Source: Lama glama
Lineage: Eukaryota
DNA: 64,000 nucleotides
NCBI GenBank assembly: GCA_028534125.1
Contig: CM052817.1
Coordinates: 4,466,001 to 4,530,000, forward strand
Direction: 5' to 3'
Under the pieces are notes generated by a model. The model saw nothing but the letters and a program-made list of their open reading frames with translations. It did no database searches and was not told where the DNA came from. Position numbers and translations under genes: made by a program. Position 1 is the first letter of the stretch. Every line of letters starts with the position of its first letter. Positions 12,201 to 21,200 of the stretch are shown here, piece after piece.

Positions 12201-15200
12201 AGGCTGCTCTGGAAGCAGAGGTGCACCCTCCGAAGGCTGCATGGAGGAGGTGACATCAGGTCTGGACACAGGGGATGAGTAAGAGTTTGCCTGATGGGCG
12301 AGGATAATTCGGGGCTTCTAATCAGAAGGAACCAGGAAGGGGCGGGGGTGTGCATCCAGCCAGCGCCCACAGTCACACAGAACCTCCTCCTGATGCCCGG
12401 GCCTCTTTGCAGTCTTCAGCAAGATATCAAAGGCCGAAGGGCCTTCCAGTGTCACTAAGTAAGGCCCGTGATGTCCCAAAATCCTGTCCCCAGAATCTCT
12501 TTGTGATGCAGGGCAGTGGGGCGCAAGAGGATGGCCATGTCCCAGGTCCCAGGGGAGTCCCTGGGACGTGCCCCACCAAGTGAAGGTCCTTGGCTTCGCG
12601 CAGGGAAGAATTCAAGAGCGAGCCACAGGAGAGCGGGGGTAGATTTATTCAGAGAGGTGTGCACTCCATAGCGTGTGGGCCCCTCGGAAGGCAAGAGAGG
12701 CTGAGAGAGGGAGAGGCCTGGGGTGGCGGGTTGTTAGCTTTTATGGGCGCGGTAGCTCCTCATGCTAAAAGTGGGAGGCTTATTCCAGCTACTTTGGGGA
12801 AGGGGCGGGGATTCCCAGGAAGTGGGCCGCCGCCCACTTTTTGACCTTTTGTGGTCAGCCTGGGGTCTGTCACGATGGCTGTGGGAGGCCACTTAGCAGC
12901 TGCTGTGTTGCAGTGAGCCTATAATGACACTCAGGGCCCACTGGGAGCTGAATCTCCCCCATCTTGGTGCTGATGGCTGTGCCCTGCCCTCTGCCCTCCT
13001 GTCTCGTTTCGGGTTTGAGTTTTACAGCCTGATTGGGTGTCTGAGGTTGGGGTCTGCTCCACCATGTGAACTCAGGTCTGAATCCCACCTTGTTTTGTCT
13101 TTGCCAGTGGAGACCTGCAGGTCACGGGCAGCGGACACTGTCCCTACAGCACTGCCCAGAAGGCGGTGGGCAAGGACAACTTCACTCTCATCCCCGAGGG
13201 TGTCAACGGGATAGAGGAGCGGATGACCGTGGTCTGGGACAAGGCAGTGGTAAGGCGGCACCATCTCCCCACTCCCAACCCCGAGAACAGCCTAGAAGCG
13301 CCCTCCAGGCCCACTGAAGCCACGTGTCATGCACTTCTGGTTCTTAAATTCCCTTTCTTGCTTTGAGGCAGAAGCAGCATGCACCAGGAGGGCACACGTG
13401 TGACCCTTAAGAAAACAGCACGAGTCCTTTGACGTCCTCTGCGTTTGCAGATACAACAACCATCCTGCAGTCTTTACGGATGGGACAGTTTTGTTTTGTT
13501 TTAACGACATTTCAGTCCATGTAAAGATGACTTTGTAAACTGTGTGTGTGTGTGTGTGTGTGTGTTCAGGTTTGGGGTTGAGAGTGGGCACAGAGGATTC
13601 CTGTTGCATAAGGAAGTCCCAGGTCACACCCTGATCACTGACTTGAAACAGGAAATTTTAATTTTCTACCAAATGGGGACCCAGTGAAACTGACCAGATG
13701 CCAGGGGGGGCTGTTGTGAAAACATCGAGACACCTCTGAGGAGTTAATTACGTGTCTGATCTGATCTGATGAGGCCAGGCCCCTGGGACTCTCTCAGGAT
13801 GGCCTGGTTTCAGCAGGGAGTGGAGAAAATTCCAGACTCTTCGTCGGGGCTCTGTTGGCAGGTTGAGCTCTGTGCCTGTCTGCCCCTTCTGGCCCTGTTA
13901 GGGGATGCTTTTCTCATCCGTGGGTCTTGCCTCCAGGCTACTGGCAAAATGGATGAGAACCAGTTTGTTGCTGTCACCAGCACCAATGCAGCCAAGATCT
14001 TTAACCTGTACCCCAGAAAAGGGCGGATTGCCGTGGGCTCGGACGCTGACGTGGTCATCTGGGACCCTGACAAGGTGAAGACCATCACAGCCAAGAGTCA
14101 CAAGTCGGTGAGTCCTGGTTTATCAGCACCACTCCTGGCGTGGGTAAGCGGTTCTCGCTTTGTGATCATTTTAGAAGCCTCTGGTTAAAGCGATTTATTA
14201 ATTCCCCCCCCCCTCTCTCGGGGGCTCTTCCCCCGATGCGTGATGTATTTTATTCTCAGCTAGCTGACTCTGCTCGTGACTCCGTGGAGTGAGCCAGCAG
14301 GCTCAGAGAGGGGAAGTATTAGGTGCAAGATCCTTTCTCCAGTTTAGTTATCAAGCTGGAGAGGGTTTGGTCTGGTGTCTCAGGAACCCCCTACTTCAGC
14401 TGGGGGCCAACTGCTGGCCGTCAGCAGAGGAGGAGGGTGGACTGCCTCGTACTGTTTGAGCTCACACCAAGGGTGTGCTCTCCCTGGATCCAGGCCTCAA
14501 GCCTGTGCGTGTGGGTTTCCTCTGCCCTTTGTATCTTACGTGCCCTTGACTTCTTCACTCACCCAGCAAACCTCTAAGGATGCAGAGATAGAAGACATCT
14601 TCCCCTCCCTGCGTGTTTGCTTCAGCCCGCTCTGCATGGCCAGCAGTAGTGTAAGGACCAGATTAACACATACACTCACAAGACACAGAGGCCATGGCCT
14701 GGTTCCTGACTCACCAAAGTCTGTTGCAGGACGTGGGCCAGGAGGCAGAGTGTGTGCACAGAGCATCACCCTACGATGGGTGCCGCTTCCCAGCCCAGAG
14801 GTCAGTCCCTGTTGAGGGGCGAGACCATGTGCATGGGGACAGGACCCCAGGCACAAGGAAGCCTCATGAGATTGTGACAAGAACCACTTGGCCACAAGAG
14901 CCATGGCATGGGGACAGAGAGATCTGTCCAGCTCATCAACCAGCCGTCATTCTTAAATTCACCAGGGCTCCCTGGTGACACGCCTTCTTCCCTCACCCCC
15001 ATCCCTGGGAACAGCTCAGGAGGAATCAAGCCTGAGGTCACCTCCCCCGGAGAAAGATGGACACTCTTCTCCACACTCACCACCCCCGAAGCACACGGTT
15101 CCATTTTAATTACTAGGGATGCGGTGATGTGCACACAGGGAGTGGGGTCTGGGAACACAGGAGACGCACGCTGCTCCCCCGTGGTGTCAGCAAGGTGTCC

Positions 15201-18200
15201 CGTGAGAAGGCCGTGCAGGTGAGCGGGCGTGCGTCACCACCGCCGTCCGGCCACTGGAGCTGCCCCTCGGCTCTCAGGGCCGTCATGGTCCAGGGAGGAA
15301 GAGGGTTCCTGGCCAGCTAGGGAGACAGGGTGGTGGGAGAGAGGCTGAGCTGGGCACGCACGGAACCCCCATCTCCTGTTGTTTTGGTACATAATCAGTG
15401 GACATGCACGTTCCACACTTGGGAGCCAGGGTTTCGATTATTATCAAACCCCAGTCAAATCTTGCTTTGTAGTTACTCTGTGTTTACTTTTTCCATGCCT
15501 CATCTCACTTAATACAATAAGCTCAGTTAGGTATGTTGTTATTACTAAGTGAGAAAATGGACAGAGAGAGGATGCCTGTTAATTCCCTGGGGCTTCTGTC
15601 ACAAAGGACCACAGGCTGGTGGGCTGAAACGACAGGAATGTGTTTTCTCACAGTTCTGGAGGCCAGGGCCCTGAAATCAGCGTCAGCAGGGCCGTGCTCC
15701 CCCGGGGGCTCTTCCTCCTGCCCTTTGGCGCCATTGGCCATCCTTGACGTTCCTTGGCTTGTGGTTGCATCATTCCAATCTCTGGCCATCTTCCTGTGTC
15801 TTGCCATCTTATAAGGACACCAGTCATCGGGCTTAGGGCCCACTCTGCTCCAGTGACCTCATCTTAACTACCGACGTCTGCGACGATCCCTTTCGAAATA
15901 CAGTTGCCTTCAACAGACCTTTTTGGGGGACATATTTCAACCCATAATAATCAGTCAGGTACCTGAGGTTGCCCACGTGGGAGGTGATTGTTCCAGGTGA
16001 GTTACACTTGGGACGTATCCCCTCTCTGTGCCAAGCCAGGTTTGAGTGATTTTCTTAGCCAGAAAGGGACAGTTCAGGACGCCATGAGACCGACCGGTTT
16101 TTGTCTGTTCCATTCTTTTCTGTTCAAAGCAGTACCATCCCCACAGTGAGGAAACGAGTGTATTGCGGAACAGGGATTGGGAAGTGCAGTTTTAGGGGTT
16201 AGTTTCACTTTTTTTAAGTTTAAAAATATTACTTTCCTTTTAACAACTGTAAAGAAATCATTTCTTATAGGTTGATCCATGATTAAAAATTTAAATCTCC
16301 TTTTCTGTAAAAAGAACACAACTTTTATTCTTTCATATCTTAGTGCGAAAAGTATTTGCTTCAAAGTGTCGCAGCACAGGTAACATATAGGATTGTATGG
16401 CATAGACGACTTAGGTTTTTACATTCTTTTGTTGAGATGTAATTCACATGCCATGAATTTCACCATTTTAAAATTGAGAAGGTTGTACCATCACCAGTAC
16501 TCATTCCATTTTCATCCCCTCAGAAAGAAACGCAGTAGTCATTAGCAGCTACTCCCCACTCCTCCCTCCCCCAGCCTGTCAACCACGCATCTGGTCTCTT
16601 TATGGATTTGCTTATTCTGTACATTTCATAGAAATGGGTTCACACAATATGTGGCTTTTGTATCTGGCTTCTTTCACTTAGTATCTTGTTTCAGAAGCTC
16701 ATGCACACTATAGCAGGTATCAATTCATTCCTGTTTATGGCTGAATAATATTCCATTGCTTGGATCGACCACATTCGTCCATTTTTTGACATAAACATAT
16801 ACCATGCTTATGCATTCATCAGTGTCAGGCTGTCTTTATAAAAGACTGAGGAATAGTAACTGCTTCCTGGGAGGGGGACTAGGGAACTGGGGCTCAGATG
16901 AGAAGACAGTTTTTAAAATCATGATCTTTTATACTGTTTGAATTTTTACATTGTTTCTATTACCTTTAAGAAAGGGAACAATTAGCTTTGAAAACTCTAG
17001 GTAGTTGTGGAACATGGAACGGGACATTTGTGGGCAATATAACCGGCGGCTGGTAAGATTCGCCCCTGGGGGAGCGCCCCTGGGGCACGTAACGTGTCCT
17101 CCCCCCGAGAAGAGAAGAGAACAGGCTGGTCGGGGCTGAGCGGCTCAGCCCACCCGGCTGGTCAGTGTGGGCTGGGAGGGAGGTGGGTGATTTGCCTCTT
17201 CAACGCTTTTCAGCATTTACAGCCCACATTTTAGTTTGAGTAAAATTATAAATTACTGCAAAGCAAGGTCACTTTAGGGTGACTCAGGAAGTGTTAGATT
17301 AGCAAGTGTTAAAACTGAAAACAAATTGCTTGGGTCCTGGGAGGCAGCGGCTACAAAGATTCTAAGGCACAGTATTAGCAGCTGTTAGTGGAAAATCTGA
17401 TTGTTGCCTTGAAATCCCAGATAAATGCCATCAAAAACAATAAGAGAATCCGCTGGCTGATTACAAATTAATATAAAGAATTTTCTATGAAATAATTTTT
17501 TTCTGTGAAATAATTAAAAAGCACTTTGAGTGGGGAGGGTGCAGCTCAGTGGCAGAACGTGTGCTTAGCAGGCATGAGATTCTGGGTTCAATCCCCCATC
17601 CCTCCATTTAAAAAATGGAAAAAAACACTCTGAGAAACAAATGGAAATCAAAATCCTGTTTCTAAGAACAATAAAAACTAAAGACACATGAATGCAAGTT
17701 CTTTTATGCTAAAAGGATTCAATAGAGTGAACATATCCATTCTTCCTAATTTAACTTATGGAGTTGAAGTAAGCCCCTCAGAAAATTTACTGGACTTGTT
17801 TTTTAGGTAAAAGAGCAGAGTTTCTAGATGGAAAATCTGAGAATAGCTGAACATTTCTGACAACAGTGGAAAACTAAGGGAGAGTGCTAGTCGCCTCATT
17901 TATTAAATTGTGTTATAAAGCTACAAACATCGAGACAGTCGGCTATTGGCACAAGAGAAGCAGCCAGGCAGCAGGCCCACTGCATACGAGCGTTTGATTT
18001 ACAATGAAGGAGTCAGTTAAAATTAGACAGACAGGTACTCAACCTGTTGTGTTCAAACACTGGGCTCGCAGGGCTAAGACCTCTGCTGTCCTTTTCACCA
18101 CAAAACTAATTCAAAGTGGGTCAAAGATTCAAATAAAGCTATGAAAGGACCAGAATAAAATACATTTAAAAAAATGATCCTTTTAGAGGGGAGACCTTTC

Positions 18201-21200
18201 TTAGCAAGACACAACACTTAGAAAATAAAAAGGAAATTAGTCTGTTTGATCACTGACTATATACAAATTAAACCAGAAAAAAAAAAGACCCTTCTGCATG
18301 GCAACAATTAATATTTATTACTTTATATGAGGTCAGAAGGCAGGGGATAGTCAGGGGACGACGTACTGGCGATACAACAGGACAGAGGAATAAATTCCTT
18401 AACGCTGAACATGTGCTTAGAAACCAGTGAGGAGAAAGCCAAGAACTTAAGAGGCCAGGGCTCAAGAACACAGGGACACGAGGAGAAATATACAAATGGT
18501 TTCTACACATTTAAAAACAGACCAGATCTCACGTATAAATAACCAAATGCGAATCACCGCAGATCGCGCTGTTGTCACCCGAGCCGGTGACTGAGGTGCA
18601 GGGCACGCGGATGCGGTCGGACTGTGGGGGCTGACGAGCTCATGGGGTTTTGTCGGGAATGGAAACCAGTGCCGCCTTTTGGCGGCCAAGTCTGTCAAAG
18701 TCAAAAGCCATTTAGGCTTTGGCTCAACCCCCTCGTCTAGGACGATGTTCACACGTGCCGGTGTGGACACACTAGTGTGTTCAGCGTGGTTTTCAGCAAA
18801 AGCAGGGCAACGACCCACGTGTTCGCCCCTGGGAACTGGATTAGTAAATGACAGTACGTCCCTGTGGAATCAAAACGGTTTAAGGAACATCAGAAACATT
18901 TTTAATGCAGGGACTCGTGCTGCTGGGGACCATTCTTTGAGGTAAGGAGAAAAACTAGGGTGAGCCTGTACGGAACACGTGCAACGTGAGACAGTTATTC
19001 ACACAGAAAAGATCTGGGGGCCCAGGAGGGTCTGTTGGAGGCAAGCATCTCAGTCTGTGGTCAGTGAGGGACTTGTTTTTTGAAAACCACGTATCTTTTG
19101 TACCGTTTGAATTTATACCATATACACAACCTACTTTTTTTTTTAAGTTGACTTACAGGCAATTTACAATGTGTTAATTTCTGGTGTGCAGCTTAGTCAT
19201 TCACTTACACACGTACGTATATTCCTTCTCATATTCTTTTTCATTATAGGCCATTACAAGGTATTGAGTATAGCTCCCTGTGCCCTACAGTAGGACTCTG
19301 TTGTTTATCTGTTTTATATATAGTGGTTAGTATCTGCCAACCCCGAACTCCCAGTTTACCCCTTTTTAAATAATCAAAGTAACCACTGTTGCTGTTGGTG
19401 ATTATATTCACTTTAGAAGTGATGGAAGGAATGTGTATTTTTAAGAAAATGTTTTGTCTTTCAAATTAGTAAAAAAATAAAAAGAAAGAAAGAAAAAGAA
19501 AAAATTAAAAATGACTTACCCAGCACTGGAGCAGATTCCATAGACACGAAGTCACGAAGTACTTCTGTCCCCCATGACTGATGTCAATTGGTCTGTTGTC
19601 TTCAGAAAGTAACTTGGCAATGGGCAACTTGAAGAAGCTCATAGCTTTTGACCCAGTAGTTGAGTTTTAGGAAACTATCCTAAAGAAAATGGTTTTAAAA
19701 GAAGACCCGGAAAGGTCCATTACAGTCAGAGTGGCCACACGGCCTAATTCCAGGGTGCCCCACTCACGTTCATGTCACCCAGACCGTCTTAGTTAGATTC
19801 CATGAAACCACGAGCCCCATAAGCGCCCGACTGTGAGGGTCTGATGATGCAAATGAACGAGCGGACAGAGGAGTGTTACACGGTCCCAAAGAGGGTGTTT
19901 TCAGAGAGAAAAAACCCTGGAAACCACCTGCGATGTGCTGCGTAGCAGATTCACCATGAGCATGACGGGGCTCGTGCGGGGAAAGCGCTTGGGAGCGGGA
20001 CGAAAGCCTGGGGTTGTCCCCCTGCAGGCGGTGGAGTACAACATCTTCGAAGGCATGGAGTGCCACGGCGCCCCGCTGGTGGTCATCAGCCAGGGCAAGG
20101 TCGTCTTCGAGGACGGCAGTGTCAACGTCAACAAGGGCATGGGCCGCTTCATCCCGCGGAAGCCCTTCCCCGAGTACCTCTACCAGCGCGTCAGGATCAG
20201 GAACAAGGTGCGTGGGGCCGGGGTCTGCCGCGTGCAGGGCTGACAGATGCCACAGCTGCGTGGGCCTCCCTTTCCTCTCGGGTTCCCTGAGCTATGATGG
20301 GACCTGCCTGCATCTCAGGACCAGACGAAACCAAGGAGGTTCCAGGGCTTTGCAAACTGTAAAGGGCTGTGCACATGTGCGAATGGGAGGACTCCTGGGA
20401 GCCCACTGACCAGGGTGCCCCCCTGCATCATCTCGGAGGGAGTCCTCACTACCTCCTCTTTGAGATGTCTAGCCGCCCTTCTGCAGATCAGAACCCTGGT
20501 GCTCAAAGCGGTGCTGGACTGACCAGCATCACACAGCTAGGAGAGCTCTGGGCCCCTTGGGCATTGCCGCTTGCTAGAAAGAACTCACCCCTAGCACAGT
20601 CGAGGGACGGCACACTGCATCTGGCCTCCCTTCAGATCTGCCCTCTTTTCTCCTTCCCCTTGTACCACCTTCCATTCAGCATCTTCCTTTCCTCTTGAGG
20701 AATCTTAGCATGGACTCCGGAGGTCAAAGGGCGTGGAGCAGGGCATGTCCCATCTCCAGTCAGCTCAGAGGAGGACGCCTGCTCCTGCTTTAGATAGTCC
20801 CCCATCGGTGGTCCCTCGTCTTCCCTAATCAAGTCCCTCCCATCACCATGACAGACTGCTGCTTCCCACATTAAAACGGCTGATGTTTGCACAAAGCCCA
20901 GCTCTGTGTGTGTATGTGTGTGGCTATATGTGTACGCCTGTGTGTATGCACGCACGTGTGTGTGCCAGTGTGTGTGTGCATGTATGTGCCTTGTACGTGT
21001 GTGTAAGTGGGCGCGTGTGTGATGTGTGTACAAGCATGTATATGCGTGTGCATGCACACGTTCGTGAGTGTGCGTGTCCCCGAGGAGACGGCTCGCTCTC
21101 CTGCACAGGGGACTGCAGGCGTGCGTTCTGTCAGTCATGTGCTCTCCTGTTCCCTGTTTAGGTTTCTGGGTTGCAAGGGGTCCCCAGGGGCATGTATGAC

